Source: Octopus sinensis
Lineage: Eukaryota
Direction: 5' to 3'
Length of the DNA stretch: 64,000 nt
Assembly (NCBI RefSeq): GCF_006345805.1
Contig: NC_043007.1
Span: forward strand, 31,558,001-31,622,000
Within the stretch, counting starts at the first letter, position 1. Every line of letters begins with the position of its first letter. The notes beneath the pieces were generated by a model, which did not search any database, was not told where the DNA came from, and worked only from the letters and a program-made list of their open reading frames with translations. The position numbers and the translations under genes are program-made. Shown one piece after another: positions 39,181-52,018 of the stretch.

Positions 39181-39975
39181 ATTTTGGGGTTTCCTAGTAT
39201 CTGAGCTAGGTAGCAATCAGCCCCTTTTGCTATCATTCCCAGGGCACCTATGACAACAGGTATTGTTTTAGTCTTCAGGTTCCACATTTTGCTAATTTCT
39301 ATTTCAAGATTTTTTATATTTGCTCAGTTTTTGCTCGGTCTAGACAGATACGTTTATATCGATTGGGACAGTTTTATCAGTGAGGAGGCATGGTTTTTGT
39401 CTGAAGTCTTTCAATATGATGTCTGGCCTATTCGCATCTATGTTCCTGTCAGTTTGAATGGTGAAGTTTCAGAGGAGTGAGATGTGGTCATTTTCAAGCA
39501 CTGGAGGTGGTTTGTGTTCCCACCAGTTTTTATCATGGGGCAAGTCCAGGCTTTTGCAAATTACCCAGTGAATATATTGTGCAGCTCTATCATGCCTGTT
39601 AAGATACTCTGTAGGTGCAAGAAGACTGCACTTGGAGACAACATGATCAATGGTTTCATTTTGTTGTTTACATACACGACATGTTGGGCTACTGCCGTTC
39701 TTTAATATGTTGGCCTGGTAGTTCCTTGTAGGTAGGCATTGATCTTGGGCTGCTGTGATAAACCCTTCTGTTTCAGATTTTAAGCCAGAGGCCATTAGCC
39801 ATTGATGGATCAGGGCTTTGTCAACATCTGCATCATTCACTCTCTTTGGGTATTTGCCATAGAGAGGTTTTTCTTGCCATTTATCAGTCAGAATATCTAA
39901 GGCAGCAGTTTTAGCACAGGTTTTCATGCGCTTAGCTTTTTCTGCGCATGTTTCTCGTATGTATAATTCCAGAAT
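39181..39975 (-). mobile_element. Decayed R4/Dong-clade non-LTR retrotransposon, C-terminal zinc knuckle plus REL endonuclease fragment
   Basis: ORF 39469-39927 reads ...SGLKSETEGFITAAQDQCLPTRNY...CRVCKQQNETIDHVVSKC...YLNRHD...WWEHKP. Past a TGG>TGA stop it continues NFTIQTDRNIDANRPDIILKD..., then a second stop and a frameshift, then KMWNLKTKTIPVVIGALG. These are CCHC and RPD..D/ExK REL motifs typical of R4/Dong. The 5'-truncated end abuts a (TAA)n tract. Confidence 0.9.
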
Positions 39976-40834
39976 TTGTTGTATATATTATTATTATTAT
40001 TATTGTTATTATTGTTATTATTATTATTAAGTTTGTGTGAGTTAGGTTTCATCTCGTTCTCCATATTCTAGATTTATCTGGTGCATTAAGCGGAAAAGTA
40101 TTTCATTTAATGTAAAATGATTTTATATAACAAAAAAAAAAAGGCAATTAATTGTTTTCATTTCTCTCATTTTGTAATGCAAATATTTTCTTTTTCATTT
40201 GTAAACAAACAAAATAGCTTTTCTAGGCAGGAACAGTCCCAAAATTTCGAACAAGAACTATCACGTTTTGATAGAAGTTAAACAGGATATAAATAAATAA
40301 ATATATAAATTAAGACGGGAAAATGTTTTAGAATAAAACGCAGAGATTTTGAAAGAAAAAATAGTGATCCTGGTGGGGTACAGAGGATTCGCAATCTAGA
40401 CGAGGGCCTGAAAGTGTACTACACCATAGTGGGTTACACCATGGTTCCTCTTCTTTGTGGCAGAAGTAGGAAGAAAGAGTGAGAGAAAGTTGTGGTGAAA
40501 GAGTACAGCGGGGTTGAGAAGCCCTGCTATAGAGCAGCCTAGATGGGAACGGAATCATAGTAGAAAAATACCATGACTTCCTTGGAGCTAAGCACCAGCT
40601 ACAACGATTCTTTTATACGATTTAATATGTTTGAGAGTCCCAGAAGACTTGTTTCTTTCTCTAAATACGTAAGATAACCAAATCCTGATGTGAGAGATAA
40701 TAGATTTAAAAAAATAAGTGTAAGGACTCGTAATGATTCTATGAGCTGAAAACCAGTTGTTTTTCTTTATTCCCGTGATGGTCCTGGTCCAGTGGACTTG
40801 TAATCAAACGGATTCCGCCTGTCTTTTATCTTTT

Positions 40835-41305
40835 TACATGTTTCACTCATTGGACTCCGGCCATGCCGGGGCACCGCCTTGAAGGGTTTGGTCGAACGAA
40901 TCATCCCGATCCGGGCACTTATTTTCTTTTAGCCTGGTATCTTATCCTATCGGTTTCATTTGCCGAACAGCTAGATTACGAGGACGTAAACAAACAAACA
41001 CTGGGTGTCAAGCAGAGATGGAGACAAATACACACACACGTCGTGTATATATATATATATATTATATATATATATATATATAAATGTTCCTTCTCGAGCC
41101 ATGCCAGGCTCATAAGGGCCGGTTTCCCGGTTTCAGTGGTGTAGAAATTCCCCACCTGAACAGGACGCTGGTCCGTCGCAGGATTGCTCATTTTTGCCAG
41201 CTGAGTGGAATGGATCAACGTGAAAATGAAGTGTTTTGCTCAAGAACACAACGCATCGTCCGGGCCAGGAATCGAAACCACAGTCTAACGATCATGATGC
41301 CGACA

Positions 41306-41339
<34 letters not shown>

Positions 41340-41745
41340 GTTCCTTCTCGAGCCATGCCAGGCTCATAAGGCCGGTTTCCCGGTTTCAGTGGTGTAGAAA
41401 TTCCCCACCTGAACAGGACGCTGTCCGTCGCAGGATTGCTCATTTTTGCCAGCTGAGTGGAATGGATCAACGTGAAAATGAAGTGTTTTGCTCAAGAACA
41501 CAACGCATCGTCCGGGCCAGGAATCGAAACCACAGTCTAACGATCATGATGCCGACACACTATATATATATATATATACACAACGAGCTTCCACACAGTT
41601 TCCATCAGCCAAATCCATTCACAAGGCATTGGTCGGTGCGGGACTATAGTAGAAGACACTTGCCCAAGATGCCGCACAATGGGACCGAACCTGAAACCAC
41701 GTGGTTGCAAAACGAACATCTAAACCACACAGCAATGCTTCCATC
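40835..41745 (-). mobile_element. SINE family A carrying a duplicated family C SINE in its internal (TA)n
   Basis: Tail half 40835-41040, head half 41575-41745, insertion between. Confidence 0.85.
41081..41558 (-). mobile_element. Two near-identical tandem family C SINE copies (5'-clipped)
   Basis: 41081-41310 and 41337-41558 differ only by two single-base indels. Confidence 0.9.
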
Positions 41746-41934
41746 TATGATCATCTTTTTTTTAAGGCTTAGTACATCATAGGACTATATTATCCAAAGT
41801 GTCCTCCCATTTTACATGGTAGTAGGGCGTGTTTTAATAGAGATTTCGTTGTTATTTCTACTAAGGCGAACAACTACTACTGAACGACTCTCTCGTTTGC
41901 TAGGCAAGAGAACCAGTATCATATTCCTTTTATA

Positions 41935-42163
41935 CAGGGTGTTCAAAAAGTTTCTCCGCAGTGATTTTTTTCCATCCAAGATGTATTTCAAAACATGTGT
42001 AGAAGAGTCAACCTATGTATTGAAAATAAAGGACGACACTTTCAACATCTCCTATAAAGCTTTCTTAAACTCCTGTAAAATCTCTAATATATTCTTTTGT
42101 AGACTTATAAATAAGAGCTTTGCAATAAAATACTTAATGCGGAGAGACTTTTTGAACACCCTG
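41935..42163 (+). mobile_element. Tc1/mariner non-autonomous deletion derivative (MITE), 229 bp
   Basis: 26-bp TIRs cagggtgttcaaaaagt(t/c)tctccgca with 1 mismatch (41935-41960, 42138-42163), TA on both flanks. Internal QDVFQNMCRRVNLCIENKGRHFQHLL* resembles a mariner/maT transposase C-terminus. Confidence 0.9.
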
Positions 42164-43070
42164 TATCTATATTTCAGCTTTTCATTGTCGTCTGCCGGAT
42201 CACCCTCTTTCCACCATGTTTGTCTTCGTACTGTAGTTACTTCCATGTAACGCTGTTGTATCAACTTGGGTGGCTACTTTTGCTATTTGACAGTAATGAA
42301 TGCTTAGATCCAATTTCTTTATATGTAAACTTTAAAAATATAAAACTAAACATTCATTATATTTACTTAGGCATTTTCAAAGATTTATATTAGTTTTCCT
42401 GTAATATTTTTTCATTCTCGTGGCCATCATTTCATGTTCTTCTTCGTATTTTCCTAGTGTTACACAATATGCCTGTTTTGTTTGCTCTATGACATAATAT
42501 ACATGCATACACACACACACACAATATGTATATATGCATATATACATGTATGTATATATATATATCTATACACATCTGTTTATATATTCATACACGCATA
42601 CACACACACACACACATTCGTCAAAGAATCCATGAGTATATAAAACAAACTGTACAATATTATAGCTCCATTACAGCCCATCTTAGTAATCAGTTTCGCA
42701 CTGGGTGTTAAAACCGGCTGTTAGAAGATAGCATACTCTCTTTTACTCTTTTTACTCTCTTTTACTTGTTTCAGTCATTTGACTGCGGCCATGCTGGAGC
42801 ACCGCCTTTTAGTCAAGCAAATTGACCCCCAGGACTTATTCTTTGTAAGCCCAGTACTTATTCTATGTTTTTTTTTTCCTTTTTTTCTTTCATTTCCATA
42901 CGTACCATCTCTGAAGAGCGCGTGGTACATTACTTAACCGTGCTGTTATCTAGTACCCGATATTAACAACCAATGCAAAACCGATTCATAAGATCAGCTG
43001 CAATGGGTCCATAAAATTGCATACATTCATTAATACATACATACATACATACAGTTTATATTTTACGTAC

Positions 43071-43144
43071 AATTTGCCTTGCTCAGCATTCTCTTCATCA
43101 GCTGCCCGACCAGAGATCATTACGCTTTCGACTCCTCCCGACAT
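43071..43144 (-). CDS. Candidate first coding exon of a small unknown protein (MSGGVESVMISGRAADEENAEQGK+tt)
   Basis: Unique, GC-richer 74-nt segment: ATG at 43144, 24 open codons plus 2 nt, then the donor GTACGT (43070-43065). Unique sequence upstream (43145-43420) looks like a 5' UTR. I recognise no homolog. Confidence 0.5.
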
Positions 43145-43900
43145 TTACGTCCTCACAAATGATTCTGAGTAGTATTGATGTAATCAGGGGATTTCCAGGT
43201 TCATATGACTCATGTTATAGCCAGCTTTCATTCTTCCTTCTCTCTCTCTTTTTATCCCTGCATCAATCACACCAGACCAAGTGCGAATGTAACTACGAGT
43301 GGTGCAATCAGTTAGCAACTGGTTTGTTTGTTTCATTACGTTCTGCTTCGCTCTCTCGCTTTTGTTTGCTTCTCACACGTCTCTCAAATATTTATGATCA
43401 AGCATTCTCCGTTCTTCTCTGCACTTCGCGAATGATGATGATGATGATGGTTATGATGATGATGATGATGATGATGATGATGGTGGTGATGGCGATGATG
43501 ATGATGATGATAAAATATTCCTATATAAATTTCCAGAAACTATTTTGCATATCCATAAAATAGAGCCGATAAAATAAAATAACGATCAAATCGTAGGGTC
43601 GATAACACACACACACACACAAACACAAATACATGCATGTTTATGTCTATATATGTATGTATACATGAATGTGTGCTGGCGTTGGCCCCACCATCTCCAC
43701 TGCTTAACAACCGGTGTTGGTTTGTTTAGGCCCCTATAACTTAGCGGCTCGGCAAAATCAAAAAGAGACTGATAAAATAAGTTCCAGACTTAAAGGTAAG
43801 TACTGGGGTCAGTTCACTCGACCGAACACTTCAAGGTGGTGCCCCAGCATGGCCGCAGTTCATCGGCTGAAACTTAAAAGATGAAAGATAAAATAAAACA

Positions 43901-44322
43901 GACGTAGGAGTGGCTGAGTGGTAAGTAGCTTGCTTACGAACCACATGGTTCAGGGTTCAGTCCCACTGCGTGACACCTTGGGTAAGTGTCTTCTACTACT
44001 GCCTCGGGCCGATCAAAGCCCTGTGAGTGGATTTGGTAGACAGAAACTGAAAGAAGCCCGTCGTATATATGTATATATATATATATATATGTGTGTCTGT
44101 GTGTGTGTATGTGTGTGTGTCTGTGTTTGTCCCCCCCCCCCAGCATTGTTTGACAACCGATGCTGGTGTGTTTACGTTCCCGTAACTTAGCGGTTCGGCG
44201 AAAGAGACCGATAGAATAAGTACTAGGCTTACAAAGAATAAGTCCTGGGGTCGAATTGCTCGACTAAAGGCGGTGCTCCAGCATGGCTACAGTCAAATGA
44301 CTGAAGCAAGTAAAAGTGTAAA

Positions 44323-44325
<3 letters not shown>
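43901..44325 (+). mobile_element. SINE family A, full length (an extra tail fragment at 43680-43885)
   Basis: gacgtaggagtggctgagtggtaagtagc...cagtcaaatgactgaagcaag. Confidence 0.9.
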
Positions 44326-44550
<225 letters not shown>

Positions 44551-45584
44551 AGACAGGCAAACATTCATTTCGTATGCACACTACCACGAGTAAATATATT
44601 TGTTATTATAACAAATAAAATCTTGACGTAAATAATTCTGCACATTTCGGTCCATATTCGGAAAAAACGAAGCAAGTTTTGGATATTTCCCAAGATAAGG
44701 CTTTCCCTTCGTCCATATCTACATCTGTTTATAATTTGTTTGGCAGCAGAAGTTGTCTACTCAAGATTAGAAGGCAATAAATGTACTAAGGCAGTGAATA
44801 TTTGAAAATACAGAAATATGTATGAGAGAGCACTTTTACGAAATTCCAAATCTAACGATGAAGCCTCTATGTGCTCACATGACCTGCTAGAAATAGCACC
44901 CCAACGTTTTAAAAAGAATGAGAGGCATTACTTCAACTGATGTTACTTGTAATACTTACCAATACATACATCTAAAGCAAATTTTTTTAGGGGCCCTTAA
45001 AATATTAACATTGGGTCCCCAACTTACTATATTATTGCATGGACCCCCGCAAAAAGTTTTATATGGACCTTCAGGGCACTGGTTGAGAACATCTACTCTA
45101 ATCCATCCTCGATGTGAATGGAATTGTATTAGAAGACAGACAAGACTCGCTGCTGTAAGTGGTTGACTCCTGTTCTTTCTCTTCTCAGCCGATGTTTAGT
45201 AAACGGACGAAATCAATGTCTTTGCTGATTGAGTCGAAAGAGTAAGGAAAGCTGAAACGACGAAAGGATGCTATCTGGCGTTTGCTTCTCCGCATCACGC
45301 TTCTCAGTTCCACTCTCGAGTTGCGTGGGAGGATAGTAACAGCATCGATGGATTTAGATGATCAAATTTAACCAACTTGTGACTCTTTATTCTTCAAGGT
45401 TAACCAGCCATTCTTCTCTTAATTCAGCTGACGCTACGCCTACATCTACAGCGTCGCCGCTGCCGTCTTCATCGTCGGGGTGGTTTGTGATGGTGGTGGT
45501 GGTGGCAGCGGTCGTCGTCGTCGTCGTCGTAGTAGTAGTAGTAGTAGTAGTAGTAGCAGCAGCAGCGGCAGTAGTAGAAGAAGA

Positions 45585-45772
45585 AGAGCGAAGATGAGCT
45601 TTGGGGGTCGTGCCAGACCGGTGAGATCGAAAGAGTACAGCAGGGATCGCCATACCACCTGCCGGAGCCTCGTGGAGCTTTAGGTGTTTTCGCTCAATAA
45701 ACACTGGGAATCGAAACCGCGATCCTACGGCCGCGAGTCCGATGCCCTAACTATTGGGCCATTGCGCCTCCA
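45585..45772 (-). mobile_element. tRNA-derived SINE, family D
   Basis: Minus strand: gtggaggcgcaatggcccaatagttagg (A box)...ggtttcgattccc (B box)...ends in (TTC)n. Confidence 0.75.
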
Positions 45773-47116
45773 CATCATTATCTCGGAGATTCAGACTGGA
45801 AATCTGTATTTTGAAATTCTCACTAACAGCATGGTTATCTTCAGCATCCTTTTCCCTCTCACTGTTAACTGTCTTCATCATTCTTACCATCATTGCCTGT
45901 TTGTCATTGCAGCTATCATCACAGTTACCATCAGAAGTATTGTCGTCGTCACAACCGCCATCTTTATCGTCACCGCCATGAGCTGTATGCAGTATACAGT
46001 AGCAATGAACATATATTTGTTTTGGGGCTGTTTTACATTTTTTTTTTTTTTACTGTTTTGAATATGTAGAAGAGGATACGTGTGTGAACCTATGGTCATG
46101 TGTTAGTTGTAGAATTTATAGTACAGCAGTGCATGTGAAGTGAAATATTGTTTAGCCAACAGTCAACATCCGTTTCCTTATCTGAAATAATAGGCTGTTC
46201 TGTAGTGAGTCATGCCAAAGAAACACATTCACTTTTCACTTCCACCGACAAGTTTTCACAACATTCTAAATTTGAAAGAGTAACCTGACCTTATTCAGAA
46301 AAACTGAAAGTGAATGAAGCGATAGTTGCTGTATATGTTGTACGAAAAGGTTTCATTTGTAACTGTACTTTATTTGTTATTCATTTACGTGTAAGAAGAG
46401 CAGTCGAGTGGCAGAATTTCTAGCACTATTTCTTCCGGCTTTTTAACGCTGTGAGCTCAAATTCGGCCGCGGTCCACTTGTGTAATTCCTAAGTACCAAT
46501 CGACGTACCCACTTCCTTTCAAAATTGCTGGCCTTGCGCCCAAATTTGAAACTACGTATAAAGGCTTCAATCAGCAGGCCTGGAACAAAAAATTTATGGT
46601 ATTTGTTCTGGCACTTTGCGTTCTGAGTTCAAATCTCGCCGAGGAAGTACTGAGATCTATTTCATCGACTAACTTCCTCCAATCTTGTGTTTGCACAAAA
46701 GGCATTTGTTAGCGCATAAACCACTGGATTTGTCGTTATTCGATACAAAGATCGTCTACTATAAATTCGCACACAGAGAGTTTCAGGAAAGATTTAAGAA
46801 TATCAGTGATATACTATGTAAGAAGAACTGACTTGGCACAGCGAGATGATAAAGCACTTGCAAATTATAATGCAGCCGCTCTTTATAATGGCGGACATCT
46901 CTACTCACTGGTACCCGTGTGTGAGTTTGTGTCTTAGTGAACTGAGATTTCAGTTCAGGAACACTCGGTGGGGTTTTCTTGAGCTCCTTTTAATTGTGGT
47001 ACACTGCACCAATCAATAGATTCAGATGGTAGACAATGTTCTCTCTAAATTTTATTAGCAATCATCTGTAAAAATCTCCTGTAGAGTAAAGTCTTTCAAA
47101 ATCTTGGCACTGAAAA

Positions 47117-47336
47117 CGAGGGGTGGGGGCTGAAAAGTTGTTGGCTTTGGGTAACAGAAAATACAGGAGGATCAGTTAATTATGATTTTATTGAACATAT
47201 TCCCCTCTCAGATTCACACACTTACTTCAGTGGCCCTTCAGTTTTTCTAAGCCCTGTAAAAGAACTGGAAAGGTTGGGCTTCCGACCAGACCTTTCACGA
47301 CACCCTTAAAGCCAGAAACTTTTCAGCACTCTCTCG
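47117..47336 (-). mobile_element. Mariner-derived MITE (second family)
   Basis: Imperfect TIRs cgagggg..gctgaaaagtt..ggcttt / aaagcc..aacttttcagcac..ctcg. The minus strand encodes a decayed GLEKLK..KCVNLRGEY mariner C-terminus. Confidence 0.8.
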
Positions 47337-47559
47337 TTTACATAAATAGAATAATTATTGATTATTACATTATTTTAGGTCACTAACCTTCACTACACAC
47401 AACATTGTTTTTTATGTGTGTTTGTTCATTATTTTCTTTTCTACTCATTACGGTGCAAACCATTTGTGCACGCGCAAACAGGGATCAATGGTAGGGACTA
47501 CATCTTCTTGACAACAGTACGGTGGTCCTGAAGAGGACGGCCAGTCTTTCTGATGCAGT

Positions 47560-48410
<851 letters not shown>

Positions 48411-48765
48411 TACTGCATGTTCCAGTTGTATGGATTGTAACGGTATTGGAGAGACAGTTGTATCATTATCTGGACATCCATCAGATGTGCACTGTAGGAC
48501 ATTAATATAATTCTTTAGGACGAAAGACAGACAGAATTGGTTAAGTAACGGATAAAATGCCTTGACATATCTTTACACTTTGAATTGAGTACCAATTAAG
48601 TACGGAGATCGACCGACTTCTCCAAAAAAAATTTGTAACCTTCCGGTAAATTTAGAAATCATTATTCACAAACACCTCACCTAAAACAGATACAGAGTGA
48701 GTTGCATGAAACTAAGGAAACAAAAAGCATTATTACATTATTAAATGGTTAGGTATTGTACATAC

Positions 48766-49235
48766 CAGCGGTTTCCTGCTAGAGTTCCCCCCACCGTCGA
48801 ACCCTAGGGTTTCTGCGAGAGGTCACTAGGGTTTCTGCGAGCTATAAAGATATTTAGGTTAATTCTATGCATATACATTTTTGTGAGTAATTCTATATTC
48901 ATAATTTTATTATACAAACACAACATATTTGAAACACTAGCAACTGTATGTATTGAGGAGATCCTATGGAAAATGACCCCTTTATGGGAACTTGTTAAGA
49001 AATTTGATATAATTAAGGTCCTCATTAAGACGCTATTTCTTAACCCTTTGTGGCGTCTGGTGGGTTTTAGCACTGCCAGACCTTTCGCTGATTTGTGAGT
49101 TGTTTAATCCCTAATGAAATTTAACTTAATGAAAAAGGAAGGAAAGGATTAATAAGTATATACAGTAATTGTTATGTAGGGGTTCTCTTGAGATACAGAA
49201 TATATTTCAAGGTTCCCCAAGGTTAAGAAACGCTA
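48766..49235. mobile_element. Degraded hAT-like non-autonomous element
   Basis: Ends cagcggtttcc... and ...ggttaagaaacgcta resemble hAT (Charlie-type) CAGYGTTTCTCAAC TIRs. Internal direct duplication ctagggtttctgcgag x2. Confidence 0.35.
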
Positions 49236-51846
49236 ATTTATACTGATTCATATTTCCGTTTCACAGCAACGATCTTTTATCTCTTTTAAACTTTAAAGAA
49301 TCCTAAGTGTATTTTATAATAATCACTGATATATTAAAAATGCCATTCTTCAGTTATAGCAACTGCTTATATTGTGGGAAAATAGCATAAAATTCCAAGT
49401 AATTCACATTGCTCTACATAAAAAGTGAAACGATCTGTTGACTCTGTTTAAGTTGTAACCCAACTCCAAGCAAATTATGAAAGCTCATAATAGTTTGAAA
49501 TAAGGTTTGTATAACTTGAAGGTTAAGGCCTTCCGTCTCTTTACGGGAGAATGTTTATTTTGAAAGAATGACAAACTATTTTGAACGCTCTTAATTTTAT
49601 GAAAATAATATGGGAACGAATGCTTTGGAAATTAGACAAAGTGGTGATCGTTCACTGCATATTTCGTTTCATTCATAAAATTTGGCGAATTTAAATTCTG
49701 AGAAGTATTGTTTGTTGACAAGCTTATTTACAAGTGGTCCTTGATAAGATGCAAAAGTGATTTTTTTTTCTTCAGGTATTTAACCACACGTAGGATTTCT
49801 GAATAACATCCCATAATTTCATGACATCATGTAATTCTAGAGAGAGTTACAAGTATGTATCACTCCGCCAGTAGCCAATTCACAATCAGAAGCGAGCAGA
49901 GAAGCAACGTGTAGTAAAGAGAGAGAGAGAGAGAGAGTGAAAGAAGAATGAGTATAATGAGAGTAGCAACGAGCAGAGTAACAAGGGCGCGGCAAAAAGA
50001 GACAGAGAATAACTTAAAGACAGAGGGAAAAAAGAGAGCGAGTGAGAGACACGAGTAAAAGTACGTATATGATTAAATGTGAGGAGTAGTAGTAGCAAGC
50101 CCTAAATGAAGGGGAGTAACACACGTAAAATGTAGAGGCTGTGAAGTTAGTGTCTTTCACTAAAACATGACTAAGAATATGGGTAAAAATCTTAGATTAA
50201 TCGGTGATTAAATAGAACTTTCTTAATGCAATAAAAGATAGGATTTGTTAAAAGAAAATAATTTCCACTCACTACACAGCTCGTGATTTTGCGAGCTTCA
50301 TATTCGGTGCTAAGCGTATGACGACGATTTAGTGAAGGTCAATGAAAGAGAAGCGGATGAATCTGTTTCGTTCGTCGCAGTGTTTCGGCTCAGGTCAGGT
50401 TCCCGCAATCTTTTAGCATCCGCTGCTCGCCGCTCAATTAAGCTGGGTTGAATAGGTTGTAGTTTTTTATCATCATCATCATCCCAAAAACTTGTTGTCC
50501 TCGAGAGATTTTACCTAACTGATTTGCCCGTTAAAAATATATATATATCTCTCAAGATCCATCCATACGGGTAAGCAGTAATTTTATGTGCTTAAAACTA
50601 CAATAATAGATACGATATAAATCAAATCCCAACGGATTATCACCTTCAATCATCAGTTGTCTGTTTTTTAACAATCTTTTAAATTTGATAATTATGCATT
50701 CGATATAAACATGCAATTTTAATATATAATATATAAAAATATATATTTAATATATATATATATATATTAAATATATATTTTGTATATCTTCTTTAAACCA
50801 CTTGGATCCATTTATTTATCAACATCTTCGGTATTTCATTTTTTCTCACATATATATTCGATATCTCTGTGTGTATTTCTTCGTTATACCCCATTTCTTA
50901 CAATTGGAATTAAAAAAAAAGCCAAAAAAAATAGAAAGAAAAGAAACCCAGAAGACTGTTGCAAATATGAAATCCCTATAATAATAATAATAATAATAAT
51001 ATTATTGATTGAGTGCAAAAATGTCTGCTTGTAAATTGTTATAGATGAACAAGCTTCTGGGGCGTGTAACACACAATGTCTTGCCTGCACTCAACCCCAT
51101 TAATAGAGAATTGCTTGTGTATGTGTGTGCGAGTTGTTGCTTCTTCTCTAAACTACCCTTGTTGAATTGCATTCTATCGTCGCCTATATATGGATGCTAG
51201 CCATATATAGATGTCATATATATTAGTTTTCTCTTGTATATTTCATTTTATACACACCTATGGATACAGTTGACTACACTGGCTACCCGTCGTCATTATA
51301 TACACTTGTTCTGATTGAAGTTATGTTGATGTGTAACTGAAAATAATAAATATTCTCCCCTCACAAATGAATTTATGCCTCTGCCTAGTTTCTCTTTATA
51401 ATTAAATAAATTCCCTCCATTTACAAAACCATTTCATAGCAATCACAAAAAGAAAATCATTAATATAAATATTTCTAACACTCCATTTATCTACAGTATA
51501 TTCTTTAACTCCGTTTATCTACAGTGTAGTCTTTCACTTTAATTATGATTCACTGTAAATTATCATTAAAAAAATTCTGCCTCAAGTACATGTTTTGCTA
51601 TAAATTATACACACCCAATTATTTATATACTCGCGCGCATGAATATGACTAGTTAATTGACATTTTTATTTTATTTTTTGTTCAGCTTCTAAATGTTTGC
51701 CACAAGATCAGGTGCTACACATAATCACTCACCTAAATTACTATTTAGCATGATGACATATTATTATTATTATTTTATGTTTATATTATACATGCTGCAA
51801 GATGGCGATGTAGTCTTGCATTAATATATATACACACACACATATA

Positions 51847-52018
51847 TATATACATATTAGAGGGAAACCACTATGTGGATACCCTTATGCTAGAAATAGA
51901 TCCGCTACGGTTGTTTTGCTAAATTTTTCTTGAGAACATTTCTTAGTGGTAAGACCACAGCGGATCTATTTCTAGCATAAGGGTGTCCACATAGTGGTTT
52001 CCCTCTAATATGTATATA
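51847..52018. mobile_element. Foldback/MITE-like element with 60-bp near-perfect inverted arms
   Basis: 51847-51906 and 51959-52018 are reverse complements at 59/60 positions, with a 52-bp spacer, set in (TA)n. Confidence 0.75.

Noticed and set aside
41084-41782. 232-aa ORF with an internal repeat
   Set aside because: It is the antisense reading of a duplicated SINE plus (TA)n.
45387-45520. Acidic peptide HPDDEDGSGDAVDVGVASAELREEWLVNLEE on minus
   Set aside because: It is continuous with trinucleotide repeats and a SINE tail, and has no acceptor or start outside the repeats.
50344-50425. agcggatg...catccgct inverted repeat as a pre-miRNA
   Set aside because: Only 8 bp pair and the interior does not form a stem.
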